This document shows, in pieces, positions 29,168 through 38,670 of a stretch of 64,000 nt of DNA. Position numbers and translations under genes: made by a program. The stretch is from Candidatus Woesearchaeota archaeon. Lineage in GTDB: Archaea; Nanobdellota; Nanobdellia; Woesearchaeales; WJKL01. Under the pieces are notes generated by a model. It made no database searches. It was given only the letters and a program-made list of their open reading frames with translations, and had not been told where the DNA came from. Every line of letters begins with the position of its first letter. Position 1 is the first letter of the stretch. Where the stretch lies: assembly GCA_036481345.1 (NCBI GenBank), contig JAZGHU010000015.1, positions 3,315 to 67,314 on the forward strand. The letters run 5' to 3'.

Positions 29168-29467
29168 ATGCTTAAAATGAAAAAAGTGTCTGAAACTTAT
29201 GAAATGAAAGTGTTCACTGATACTGGTGAATATTTTGGTGATATTGAAGAAAGCATAATGACTTCTACTAAGGTATTTGGATGGAAGGTTAAAGCTACTA
29301 AAGGATCTTTCTTGAATAAAGTCCTTGGATCTGCTAAAGGTGTTATTGTTCCACATCAATTAGTTAAAGCTGTGGGAGATATCTTGATTATAAGCAAAAC
29401 AGCAGTGCCATCTTACTCTCCTGAAGAAGCTGGTGGAGAAGAAGCATCTGAAGGAGCTTTAGAATAA
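29168..29467 (+). CDS. PRC-barrel domain protein (CdpB-like, possible cell division factor)
   Basis: VFTDTGEYFGDIEE...IVPHQLVKAVGDILII PRC-barrel signature. Confidence 0.85.
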   Translation: MLKMKKVSETYEMKVFTDTGEYFGDIEESIMTSTKVFGWKVKATKGSFLNKVLGSAKGVIVPHQLVKAVGDILIISKTAVPSYSPEEAGGEEASEGALE

Positions 29468-29577
29468 ATGAACTGCAAGCAGATGTATCAAGATCTGGTA
29501 GTTACTAATTATTTTCTTTTTAAATATAATGTTTGCATAGAAGAGTCTGAAGATTTTTCTGAATTAGAAATTCCTAA

Positions 29578-30246
29578 TTAATCATCTGATGTAAAAGTTT
29601 TAGTAATCTTCTTTATAAGCTTTTTTCCACTGTAAAGTTCTAGGTTTAATTCGTGGGATTGATCAACATTATTAAATCCAAAAGCAAATTTTGATTCTGT
29701 CAATGTAAGAGTTTCTCCTGCTTCTAATTCATCATAAATAATTATTTTTTCATCTTCTCCACCATATTCAGTGAGGTAGGCAACAACCTTAGGTATAATA
29801 TCTTTATCTTGATTTTTGATTGTGAATTCAACTGAACTTACTTTTGCATAGTCATCTATTTTTGGTTTTGGATCAAGATTTAGCTTGTCAAGTGTAAATA
29901 TTATTTCTCCTGTTATTGGAAGTGTTTCATCTTCTGGCTCTGGTTCTTCCTCTGAAGAATTGGTTTCTGTCTGATTAATTGTTTTGTTTTCTCCTGCTTT
30001 GATTATAGTGATTCCTGAAGAAGTGTTATCTTGTTCTTCTTCATCTTCAGTATCTATTACTTTTGTTGCAGCACCAACTGCATCTCTAGCTGGAATTACT
30101 CCATAATGCTGCAATGAAATAACTAATATTAAAAGGAGAATTACAAGAATATATATAGCATGTTTTAGATGCCCTGTATTAAGTTTGAACTTAATAGTAA
30201 TCTCTTTCTTAGGTTTCTCTTTTTCAAACCATTCTTTTTTAACCAT
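29578..30246 (-). CDS. Hypothetical single-pass membrane protein with extracellular Ig-like domain
   Basis: One TM, acidic linker with N-x-T/S sequons, beta-rich C-terminus. Confidence 0.65.
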   Translation of the reverse strand: MVKKEWFEKEKPKKEITIKFKLNTGHLKHAIYILVILLLILVISLQHYGVIPARDAVGAATKVIDTEDEEEQDNTSSGITIIKAGENKTINQTETNSSEEEPEPEDETLPITGEIIFTLDKLNLDPKPKIDDYAKVSSVEFTIKNQDKDIIPKVVAYLTEYGGEDEKIIIYDELEAGETLTLTESKFAFGFNNVDQSHELNLELYSGKKLIKKITKTFTSDD

Positions 30247-30289
30247 ATTTAATATAAGAAACAAAAATTATTTTTAAAGTTTATGGTTT

Positions 30290-31033
30290 TTAGTCGTTTT
30301 CAACCCTAGGAGCTAAAATAAATGACAACATAACTTTATCCACTGCTTTGTATTCTATCTTTAAAGGATAGTCTTTGTTGAACCTTATTGTCACATTAGG
30401 AGCTAGCTTTGACCCAGCAATCATCTTTTTTAAATATTCAATTGAATATTTTGATTTTATTGAGCTAGAACCTTCTGTTTGGATCTTGGTTTCATCTGAT
30501 TCATTTATTTCAATGTTAGCATGGGATAAATCTCCTTCTGCTTGTACTGTGAATTTTTTGGGTTCTACCATCAATGAAACAGAGTCAGCAACAATATCTA
30601 CATCTTCAACAGCATCATTTAAGATAGCTGAAGTTGTCTCTATTGATAATGGAAATGTTAGATCTGGAACTTTTTGTTCTTTTTCATCTAATTCTATGAT
30701 TGGAAGAGAAAAAGTCCTTGTTGAATTTCCTTTTAATTGAATTTTTAACTTATTATCTTGAACTTCCATATTTAGCATATCGTCGGGTTTGGCTCTTCTT
30801 AGGATCTGTTTTAGATTTCCTAAGTTGATAGCTAGTTCTGTTTCTTCTTTAACATCATATTCTGTAAAAGATGATGATAGAAGTTTAAAGATAACCATTG
30901 CTACGTTTGCAGGGTCCATTGCTACTAATTCCACTGCATTTGGAGTTATCTTAAATCTAGCCTCATTAACTAGTTCTGATATGATAGAAACACTATCTTT
31001 AAAGTATTTAGGTTCTGCTAAGCTTAATTTCAT
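30290..31033 (-). CDS. pcn: DNA polymerase sliding clamp PCNA
   Basis: AMDPANVAM, YSIEYLKK, DYPLKIEY, FILAPRVE. Confidence 0.97.
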   Translation of the reverse strand: MKLSLAEPKYFKDSVSIISELVNEARFKITPNAVELVAMDPANVAMVIFKLLSSSFTEYDVKEETELAINLGNLKQILRRAKPDDMLNMEVQDNKLKIQLKGNSTRTFSLPIIELDEKEQKVPDLTFPLSIETTSAILNDAVEDVDIVADSVSLMVEPKKFTVQAEGDLSHANIEINESDETKIQTEGSSSIKSKYSIEYLKKMIAGSKLAPNVTIRFNKDYPLKIEYKAVDKVMLSFILAPRVEND

Positions 31034-31112
31034 TTTAAAAATCCCCCTCGTAATGTTTATTATTCTAAAGTAACTACTTATTTATAAATTTTTTTATTTA
31101 AAGAAAAAATAT

Positions 31113-31319
31113 TCAAAAAACCACCATGGTTCTTGGCAATACAACGAAAATTAGAAATGCGATAATTGCAACAGATAGTATTGCGATTAAACCCCAAATC
31201 AGATGCTTCCTGTCTTTTGTTTTATAATATTTAATCAAAAGATAAATTCCTAGTGCTACTACAATTAATGGAATGATAATTAATATAGCTAAAATAATTG
31301 TTTTAATCATAAAATACAA
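31113..31319 (-). CDS. Small 2-TM membrane protein
   Basis: 68 aa hydrophobic ORF filling the intergenic gap. Confidence 0.55.
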   Translation of the reverse strand: MYFMIKTIILAILIIIPLIVVALGIYLLIKYYKTKDRKHLIWGLIAILSVAIIAFLIFVVLPRTMVVF

Positions 31320-31362
31320 GAGTGAATGCTATTATATATAATTGCCCATAATTTTGGGTGTT

Positions 31363-32694
31363 CTATATAGAAATCCTATTTCCGTCGTTAGAAAGATGTA
31401 CTTTGTTTTTATCATAGCCTATTTCTAGTGCTAAATCTAATAATGCTTCTCTCATTTCTAGATTGCCATGGGCAGGAATTATATGTTTTGGGTTAACCAT
31501 GTTGATTAAGTCTCTTAAGTCTTCTCTTGCAGCATGTCCTGATACGTGAACATCTCTGAAGATTCTTGCTCCTTGACTTTTGATGTTATTTTCTAGTTTT
31601 TCTCTATTGTCAATATTTATTTTTGTGGGGATTACTGAAGATGAGAAAATAACTTGATCTTCTTTTTGAAGAAGGAATGGAAATTCTTTTTTCGCTATTC
31701 TTGAAAGTACTGCTTTTGGCTCTCCTTGATGGCCTGTTACAACTAACAAATATTTGCCTCTGTTTTTTTCAACTTGTTTTAATTTGTCATAAATCTGTCT
31801 TTTGAATCTTAGTATTTGAGCAGAATCTGAAAATTTTATTATTTTAATATCTTGACCTGCATAAACATATTTTGATAATGATCTTCCTATCAATAGAATC
31901 TTTCTGTTCATCTTTTTTCCAAATTCTATTATTGATTTTAGTCTTGCTAAATGTGAAGAGAATGTTGTTACAATAACTGCTTTATCTGTTGAATCTGTTC
32001 CTAACATCACTTCTTTTAACATTTCTTTTGCAACTGCTTCAGATGGTGTTTTTGCTCTTAGTGGAGCATAAGTTGAATCACAGATTAAAGCAAGAATTCC
32101 TTTTTCTCCTAATTCTTTTAGTCTTTTGAAGTTTGGTTTTTTCCCTAGAGTCGGAGTTGAGTCAAATTTGAAATCATTGCAGTAAAGAATAGTCCCATAT
32201 TTTGTGTGGATTGCAAGCATTGCTGTCTGTGGAGTTGAGTGAGTCATATTTATGAACTCAATTTTTATGTTTTTTGTCAGTTGATAGATAGAATTTGGGC
32301 TTAATGTTTTAATTGAATTAGGAATAGACATTTTTTCATCTTTGAGAATTGCTTGGATAACTTGAATAGTGTAAGGAGTTCCTAATAATTCAGCTTTTTT
32401 GAATTTTTTTGCTAAAAAAGGAATTCCTGCAATATGATCTAAGTGAGCATGGGTTGGAATGATTGCCTTTACTTTCTTTTTCCAATCTGCTATTTTTGAA
32501 ATGTCTGGAATAGCCCCTACTTGCATCATTTGATCTGTAGAGATATTGATAATATCTTCATCTTCTGTCAACTTAATATACGGTTCTAAGAAAACCCCCA
32601 TATCACAAAGGATTACTTCATCATCTACTTTGATTGCAGTGCAATTTTTTCCGATTTCATTATAGCCACCCAATGTGCATATTTCTATTGGCAT
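31363..32694 (-). CDS. rnj: Ribonuclease J (beta-CASP metallo-beta-lactamase)
   Basis: GGYNEIGKN, THAHLDH, HSTP, DFKFD, HVSGH, IPAHG. Confidence 0.94.
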   Translation of the reverse strand: MPIEICTLGGYNEIGKNCTAIKVDDEVILCDMGVFLEPYIKLTEDEDIINISTDQMMQVGAIPDISKIADWKKKVKAIIPTHAHLDHIAGIPFLAKKFKKAELLGTPYTIQVIQAILKDEKMSIPNSIKTLSPNSIYQLTKNIKIEFINMTHSTPQTAMLAIHTKYGTILYCNDFKFDSTPTLGKKPNFKRLKELGEKGILALICDSTYAPLRAKTPSEAVAKEMLKEVMLGTDSTDKAVIVTTFSSHLARLKSIIEFGKKMNRKILLIGRSLSKYVYAGQDIKIIKFSDSAQILRFKRQIYDKLKQVEKNRGKYLLVVTGHQGEPKAVLSRIAKKEFPFLLQKEDQVIFSSSVIPTKINIDNREKLENNIKSQGARIFRDVHVSGHAAREDLRDLINMVNPKHIIPAHGNLEMREALLDLALEIGYDKNKVHLSNDGNRISI

Positions 32695-32730
32695 GGTTTT
32701 TATTTTGGAGAAATGCTATATAAATGTTTG

Positions 32731-33177
32731 TTAAAAGAAAGTAGCAAGGTATGCAGGGTTTGTTATTATTCCCATTAGGATTCCTATCAATACAGCATGT
32801 TTTGACTCTATTTTCCACATCTTTTTTCCAACTATGAAATAGCATAGGAAGATTACTGGAAAAGATACCAATCCAAATGTTAGATATCCTCCAAATGTCC
32901 AAGGCTGTATAAGAGAGACTATCAATATTTCTAGAACAAACATTATTGGTGTTATAATCAAGAGTCCTTTTGCAATTGGTTTTGCTTTGATTTTTGTTAT
33001 TAAGTTAGATAAAGGCCAACAGATAATGAAGTTTACACCATAATTTACAAGAATAGCAAGAAAACCAATCATACCATACACTGTTAATCGCATAGAAAAA
33101 GGGGGAGCGATTACATCAGCAAAAACTATTGGTGACAATAAAATTAAAAAAATTAAAGAGAGATTGATTGTTTTCAT
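32731..33177 (-). CDS. Hypothetical membrane protein
   Basis: Signal-like N-terminus and 4 TM segments ending ITNP. Confidence 0.65.
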   Translation of the reverse strand: MKTINLSLIFLILLSPIVFADVIAPPFSMRLTVYGMIGFLAILVNYGVNFIICWPLSNLITKIKAKPIAKGLLIITPIMFVLEILIVSLIQPWTFGGYLTFGLVSFPVIFLCYFIVGKKMWKIESKHAVLIGILMGIITNPAYLATFF

Positions 33178-33271
33178 AGAATTTAGAATATTAAGCAGTT
33201 ATTTAAATGTTTTCTAGACTTTAAATTGAGTTGAAGTCAATGTAAGAAAAAATATTATAATTTTATGATAT

Positions 33272-33856
33272 TCATTGTATAATCTTAATAAGTTCAGGTT
33301 CTTTTGGTTTGTGATATCCAGAAGATGTACGCAAAACTGCTAATTCTCTTTCTAATTGAATATTTGCCCACCTTGAATCAACAATTGGATGGTCCTTAAT
33401 TTCATTCATTTTAGAACACCATTCATCCATAGAATAAGCATAGTTAGAATAAAAATGATATGAGCGACCAGATAAAAGAATAAACCCCGGATTTAATTTG
33501 TTCTCTTTTATGAAATTTTGAACTTCTTTTAAATTTTCATCACTGCAAGGAACTTTAAAATCTACTAAAAGTAAATGTTCCTCTAATCCATCATTTAGTA
33601 AGACCTTAGATCCAATTCCAGCGTAATAATCATCAAAAGCATTTTCATAATCAGCATTATACCGCATTCTTTCAACTTGTCCTAATTCTTTTTCTATTGT
33701 TGAAACCGGATGAAAATCTTCATAAATTAGTCTATAATCTATCTTCCCTAAGTCAAACGAATCGTCTATAAATTTATACACAATCAAACAGAAATCTTTG
33801 ATATTGTTACCTTCTGCTATTGATCTTAGGATCTCACTCAGTTTTTTGGGTTCCAT
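33272..33856 (-). CDS. Divergent archaeo-eukaryotic primase (AEP) superfamily-like protein
   Basis: hhhhDF (single Asp), SGRSYHFY (motif II-like), D.RW, LRTS. Confidence 0.5.
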   Translation of the reverse strand: MEPKKLSEILRSIAEGNNIKDFCLIVYKFIDDSFDLGKIDYRLIYEDFHPVSTIEKELGQVERMRYNADYENAFDDYYAGIGSKVLLNDGLEEHLLLVDFKVPCSDENLKEVQNFIKENKLNPGFILLSGRSYHFYSNYAYSMDEWCSKMNEIKDHPIVDSRWANIQLERELAVLRTSSGYHKPKEPELIKIIQ

Positions 33857-33931
33857 GTTTATAAGAAATAAATATTTTTTAAAAAGCTTATGAAGAAAAA
33901 TATTTATAGTGAAGATATATTCTTTTTAGCT

Positions 33932-34426
33932 ATGGACCCAAACAAAGCTCATTATGTTGTTGTAACTGGTATTATTGTTAAAGATGATAAATTCTTAATT
34001 GCAAAAAGATCTCCGAATGAACATGCATTTCCTAATCTTTGGACAGTTCCTGGAGGGAAATTAGAATCAAAAGATTATGAACATAGAGATGCAGATACTA
34101 CAGCAGGACAATGGTATAATGTTTGTGAAACTTTATTAAGAAGAGAAGTTATGGAAGAAGTTGGATTAGAAATTAAAAAAATTAATTATTTAGCAAGTTT
34201 AGTTTTCAAAAGACCAGATGGAATTCCTACTGTTGTAATTAGTCTTTATGCAGACCATCATAGTGGAGATGTTAAATTATGTGATGATTTAACAGACCAT
34301 GCTTGGGTTACTTTAGAAGAAGCAAAGAATTATGAGTTGATTGATGGGATCTATGAAGAACTAGAAATGCTTGATCAAGTTATGAAAGGCCAGAAAATTG
34401 GAGAATGGTCTAAGAATTCTGAATAA
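33932..34426 (+). CDS. NUDIX hydrolase
   Basis: PGGKLE...LRREVMEEVGL Nudix box with insertion; start at ATG 33932. Confidence 0.88.
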   Translation: MDPNKAHYVVVTGIIVKDDKFLIAKRSPNEHAFPNLWTVPGGKLESKDYEHRDADTTAGQWYNVCETLLRREVMEEVGLEIKKINYLASLVFKRPDGIPTVVISLYADHHSGDVKLCDDLTDHAWVTLEEAKNYELIDGIYEELEMLDQVMKGQKIGEWSKNSE

Positions 34427-34434
34427 AAAATAAA

Positions 34435-34573
34435 TGCGGAGGAAGGGTTTCGAACCCTCGTAGGCACTAAGCCAATAGATGACTTACAAATGGTCGTTTC
34501 ATCGCACTCTTGACGAGCACTCATCACTCAAATGCCTTGAGTCTATCCCGTTTGACCACTCCGGCACCTCCGC
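34435..34573 (-). tRNA. tRNA-Leu(CAA) with 55-nt intron at 37/38 (intron 34481-34535)
   Basis: GCGGAGG/CCTCCGC acceptor stem, ATAGA-CT-CAA-G[intron]A-TCTAT anticodon arm, long variable arm, GTTCGAAAC T-loop. Confidence 0.92.
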
Positions 34574-34628
34574 ATAAGCTAAAGAAGAAAATAGATGTTT
34601 TTAAAGATTACTAAAAATAAAGAAATAA

Positions 34629-35036
34629 TTAAGACAGTTTTGTTAATCTGCCTTCGATTTCACTAAGCTCTGCTTCAAGTTTTTCAAGCTCTGACATTTC
34701 TCTTGGCTTTTCCACTTCTATTGGAGGAGCCACTTCTTTCGGAGCTTCTTTTTTTGCAGCAGTCTTTTTGGGCTTTGGCGCTGCTTTATGGGGCTTAGCT
34801 CTTAGGCCTGATTTTGGAAGCTCTGTTTTAAGCTTTCTTACTAATGCCAGGATATCTTTCATAGCTTCTTTTAATTTTATTATCTCTGCTTCTTTCTCTT
34901 TTCTCACTTCTTTGAATCTTTCAAATCTTTGAAGATATTGAAGAGCTTCTTTAGAAGATTCTAGCAGAGATCTTCTTATTTCTATTGGATCTTTCATTCC
35001 AACATAAAACATTGATTCTTCTTTTTCTTTAGGCAT
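34629..35036 (-). CDS. Hypothetical helical-hairpin protein with C-terminal amphipathic helix
   Basis: FYV strand, long helices, Pro/Lys linker, terminal ELSEIEGRLTKLS. Confidence 0.75.
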   Translation of the reverse strand: MPKEKEESMFYVGMKDPIEIRRSLLESSKEALQYLQRFERFKEVRKEKEAEIIKLKEAMKDILALVRKLKTELPKSGLRAKPHKAAPKPKKTAAKKEAPKEVAPPIEVEKPREMSELEKLEAELSEIEGRLTKLS

Positions 35037-35046
35037 TTTCTAACCT

Positions 35047-35274
35047 CTAAAGAGTAGTTGGTTCAAATAATGTTTTGTCTACAAAGACTACTTTTCTTTC
35101 TACTTCTTCTAGACCTGTGTGCCAAAGTTCAAGCTCTGCATCTTCTTCATTTTTTAGCTCGTTGATCTTAGCTAATGTTTCTTTAGCATCTTCTATCTTA
35201 TTCCTTATCATGTTCATTACGTCTAGAACATCTTTGTATTCTTCAATTCTTACATAAACAGGCATTTCTTCCAT
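35047..35274 (-). CDS. Hypothetical helical-hairpin protein
   Basis: PVYV.IEEY...W...D..LF; paralogous to the C-terminus of the upstream ORF; AGAGGT RBS. Confidence 0.8.
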   Translation of the reverse strand: MEEMPVYVRIEEYKDVLDVMNMIRNKIEDAKETLAKINELKNEEDAELELWHTGLEEVERKVVFVDKTLFEPTTL

Positions 35275-35289
35275 ACTATCGACCTCTTT

Positions 35290-35769
35290 TTATTTTTGTG
35301 CTGCAAATAATGCTTTATCAGCATATAGTAATTTTCTTTGGATATCCTTTAATTGAGATTCCCATTTGTTGAACTCTTTATCTTGATCTTCTTTGAATTC
35401 AGAGACTCTTGATAAGCTATCTGAACCTTCTTTCAGAGTATTTTGAATTGAGCTAACTTCATTCATCAATTCTCTGTATGATTCAAGGTAAACAAAGATT
35501 GGTTTTTTCAATCTAAGATCATCTCTTTCTTCTAATTCATCCCTTGTTTTTTGTATTGCATAATCTTCAGCTCTTTCAGTGGGGCTTGGTCCTTTTGGGA
35601 CATCTGGAAGCTCTAAGTCAGGAGCTTTTTGTTTTTTGAATTCAGGAATCTCTCCTGGAGAAGGAAAGGTAGGCAGTTCATCTTTTGATGGAGGAGCTGC
35701 TGGTACTTCTAATCCTCTTTTTTCTGGTATAGCTTTCTTTCTTGTTTTAAATAAATCTGTAAATCTCAT
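35290..35769 (-). CDS. Hypothetical protein: Pro-rich N-terminus plus helical hairpin
   Basis: PIFV.LESY...W...D.ALF; GGAGGTG RBS. Confidence 0.8.
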   Translation of the reverse strand: MRFTDLFKTRKKAIPEKRGLEVPAAPPSKDELPTFPSPGEIPEFKKQKAPDLELPDVPKGPSPTERAEDYAIQKTRDELEERDDLRLKKPIFVYLESYRELMNEVSSIQNTLKEGSDSLSRVSEFKEDQDKEFNKWESQLKDIQRKLLYADKALFAAQK

Positions 35770-35892
35770 AATAATTACACCTCCCCAATAACTAATCTAT
35801 GAATTCTGACATTATTTAAACTTTCGTTAGTATTCTAAAATAGTGACAAAATAAAAGAAATGTTTTTATCTATTCTAGATTTAGTTTACCTT

Positions 35893-36759
35893 ATGAAGGA
35901 AGCAAAGCATTATAAGAAATTGCAAGGAAAGAAAATTCAGTGTGAGATGTGTCCTAGAAAATGCATAGTTAAAAATGGAGAGAAAGGATTTTGCAAAGCA
36001 AGAGAAAATAAAGAAGGGAAATTTTATAGTTTAGTTTATGCTGCGCCATGTTCTGTTAATGTGGATCCAATTGAGAAAAAACCGTTATTTCATTTTTTAT
36101 CAGGCACTAAAACTTATTCTGTTGGAACAACAGGCTGCAATCTAAGATGTAAGTTTTGCCAGAATTGGCAGATCAGTCAAGCTGTTCCAGAGGATGTTCC
36201 TTTTCTTGATTTAAGTCCTGCTTCTGTTGTCGGGGATGCAATTGTAAAAGGATGTGAAAGTATTTCTTATACATATACTGAACCATCAATATTTTTTGAA
36301 TATGTTTTGGACACAGCAAAGCTTGCTAGAAAAAAAGGATTAAAAAATATTATTGTATCAAATGGTTTTGTCAATCAAAAACCACTGAAAGAAATGTGCA
36401 AAGTTATTGATGCTGCTAATATTGATTTGAAATCTTTTTCAAATGAATTTTACAAGAAATATACTGGGGCTTGGTTAAAGCCTGTGCTTGAAAGTTTGAA
36501 GACAATTAAGAAAGAAGGTGTTTGGCTGGAGATAACTAATCTTTTGATTAATAGATTGAATGATGGTCCTGTTGAGATTAAGAAAATGTGCAAGTGGATT
36601 AAAGAAGAATTAGGAGAGGAAGTTCCAATACATTTTTCTAGATTTTTCCCTAATTATTTGATGCAAGATATAAGTCCAACTGATAAAGATAAATTGTATG
36701 AGGCAGAGAAGATTGCTAAAGAAGTTGGATTAAAGTATGTTTATTTAGGCAATATTTAA
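35893..36759 (+). CDS. amrS: AmmeMemoRadiSam system radical SAM enzyme
   Basis: CEMCPRKC, DPIEKKPLFHF, CNLRCKFC, YTYTEP, ANIDLKS; start at ATG 35893. Confidence 0.9.
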   Translation: MKEAKHYKKLQGKKIQCEMCPRKCIVKNGEKGFCKARENKEGKFYSLVYAAPCSVNVDPIEKKPLFHFLSGTKTYSVGTTGCNLRCKFCQNWQISQAVPEDVPFLDLSPASVVGDAIVKGCESISYTYTEPSIFFEYVLDTAKLARKKGLKNIIVSNGFVNQKPLKEMCKVIDAANIDLKSFSNEFYKKYTGAWLKPVLESLKTIKKEGVWLEITNLLINRLNDGPVEIKKMCKWIKEELGEEVPIHFSRFFPNYLMQDISPTDKDKLYEAEKIAKEVGLKYVYLGNI

Positions 36760-36804
36760 AAAAACTAGTGCTTTATGGAGTTTGTTTGGTGATAGGGGGG
36801 CTTT

Positions 36805-38670
36805 ATGCACAAACTTGTTTTGTGTTTGATTGTATTTTGTTTTATTGAGATAGCAATGGCTGATATTGTTATAACTGAAGTGATGTATAATCCTGGGCAA
36901 TGTGATGATTATGATTGTGAGTGGATTGAATTATATAATACGGATTCTATTAGTGTGAATTTAACTGGTTGGATATTAGATGGTGAGTCCTTAGATGGAA
37001 TAGTTATCAGTGCTCACGAATATATTGTATTAGCTGATGAATTAATAGACGGCAATGACGCAGATAATGAAAGCTTTGAATCATATTGGGGAAATAATGA
37101 TGGAGTATGGAATCCCTTGGATGGCAACTTCGATGCTTATGATATATCTCTTTCTTTAAAAAATACAGAAGACAGCATTATTCTTACAGATAGCACATAT
37201 ACAGATACTTTAAACTATAGTTCTAGCTGGGGTGCAAATGGGAATGACTATACATTAGAGAAAATAAATCCAGATGGGGCAAATACACAAGAGAATTGGG
37301 CGGTTGGTTTTGTTATGAATGGTACTCCAGGGATGCAAAATAGTATTTATGGAACTGGAGAAATTGATTATAGTGTAATAACTATCAATGAATTTTTACC
37401 AGATCCACATGGAGATGATAATGCGCCAATGCCTCAAGGGGAATGGATTGAGCTTTATAATTCTGGAAGCCAAAACATTAATCTAAAGTGGGCTTTTTTA
37501 GAAGATTTACAAGGACATAAAGTTTATATTGCAGATACTACAACAGTTGATACAACAATTATCCCTGCTAATGGATTTTTAGTTATCTATACAAATGGAT
37601 TTTCTGGACTTTTGAATAATGGAGGGATAGAAGAATTAAGATTTTATGATAAGGAAGACAACCTAATTGATTCTGTGAGCTATGAAGGGTCTGATGAGGG
37701 CAGTTCTTGGGCAAATGTTATTGATAATTGGCAGAGAACAATGCCCACTCCTGAAGGGGAGAACATGGATTACACAAAAGTAAAGGATTCTAAATTTGAT
37801 ATAGATACAATTTATGATCTTGGTTCAGATGATGTAGCTAAATTTGGACAGACAATAAGAGTTAAAGTCAACCTCTATAAAGGAGATGAAACCAAAAGCG
37901 TTTTAAGAATGTGGATAGCAGATGGAGATGAAAAGATAAGCAAAGAGTCGAAGATAACAATTTCCACAAAATATACTAATGTTTCATTAGCAGTGCCTAT
38001 TCAGCTTTATCCAAATTGCAATGAAAAATATGATGATGGAGATTATGATATTTTTATTGGATGGACAAGCGAGGATTTTGAAGAGGATTCATTTCCGTTA
38101 GAAGTAGAAGATATTACAGATTCCTTGTGTGAAATAGTAAAGGTAGAGAAAAGCAGCACAACAAGCGCAAAGAAATTTGAATATAACCTTGTTTCAAATC
38201 CAGATGAAATTAAAAGTGGGGAAGAGTTTGACATTAGAGTTGAATTAAATAATCATGATGATGAAGATTATGATATTGATATCTGGAGTTATGTCTATAA
38301 GGGGAATAAAGCTTATAGTGGTGGAAGAGAGGATAATAAGAAATCTTTTGTTTTAGAAAAAGGAAGTTCTGAAACAATTAAGTTAAGGAATACAGTTGAT
38401 GCTGCTCCTGGAGATTATAATCTTAAAATCAAGATAATAAAGAATAATCAGAAGACAGCAAAAGAGATAACAAATACATTGAGAGTCATAGAAGAAGTCA
38501 GTGAAGGGGGATATGCTGAAGGAATTGTTGGAAAAGCTTCTGGAATCTTAAAATGGAGAGAAGCTTTTGTTTATGAATCAACTTCTTTCAAAGCAAAAAA
38601 CTTGGTTCCTTTGTTGTTTATTATTTTATTGAGTTTATTTGTGATTATATTGATATTTACTAAGAATTAG
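36805..38670 (+). CDS. Membrane-anchored surface protein with two lamin-tail domains
   Basis: Signal peptide; ITEVMYNP...EWIELYN and INEFLPDP...EWIELYN; GTPG/PTP ends; C-terminal TM. Confidence 0.85.
   Translation: MHKLVLCLIVFCFIEIAMADIVITEVMYNPGQCDDYDCEWIELYNTDSISVNLTGWILDGESLDGIVISAHEYIVLADELIDGNDADNESFESYWGNNDGVWNPLDGNFDAYDISLSLKNTEDSIILTDSTYTDTLNYSSSWGANGNDYTLEKINPDGANTQENWAVGFVMNGTPGMQNSIYGTGEIDYSVITINEFLPDPHGDDNAPMPQGEWIELYNSGSQNINLKWAFLEDLQGHKVYIADTTTVDTTIIPANGFLVIYTNGFSGLLNNGGIEELRFYDKEDNLIDSVSYEGSDEGSSWANVIDNWQRTMPTPEGENMDYTKVKDSKFDIDTIYDLGSDDVAKFGQTIRVKVNLYKGDETKSVLRMWIADGDEKISKESKITISTKYTNVSLAVPIQLYPNCNEKYDDGDYDIFIGWTSEDFEEDSFPLEVEDITDSLCEIVKVEKSSTTSAKKFEYNLVSNPDEIKSGEEFDIRVELNNHDDEDYDIDIWSYVYKGNKAYSGGREDNKKSFVLEKGSSETIKLRNTVDAAPGDYNLKIKIIKNNQKTAKEITNTLRVIEEVSEGGYAEGIVGKASGILKWREAFVYESTSFKAKNLVPLLFIILLSLFVIILIFTKN

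Noticed and set aside
34490..34528. TGATGA-stem-GAAAC in the tRNA-Leu intron resembles a hammerhead ribozyme core
   Set aside because: Core reads GTGATGA rather than CTGATGA, GAAA does not directly follow the stem, and stems I and III cannot be formed
35893..36759. amrS without amrA/amrB neighbours and with a short C-terminus
   Set aside because: Dispersed AmmeMemoRadiSam genes are common in archaea and the core motifs are intact
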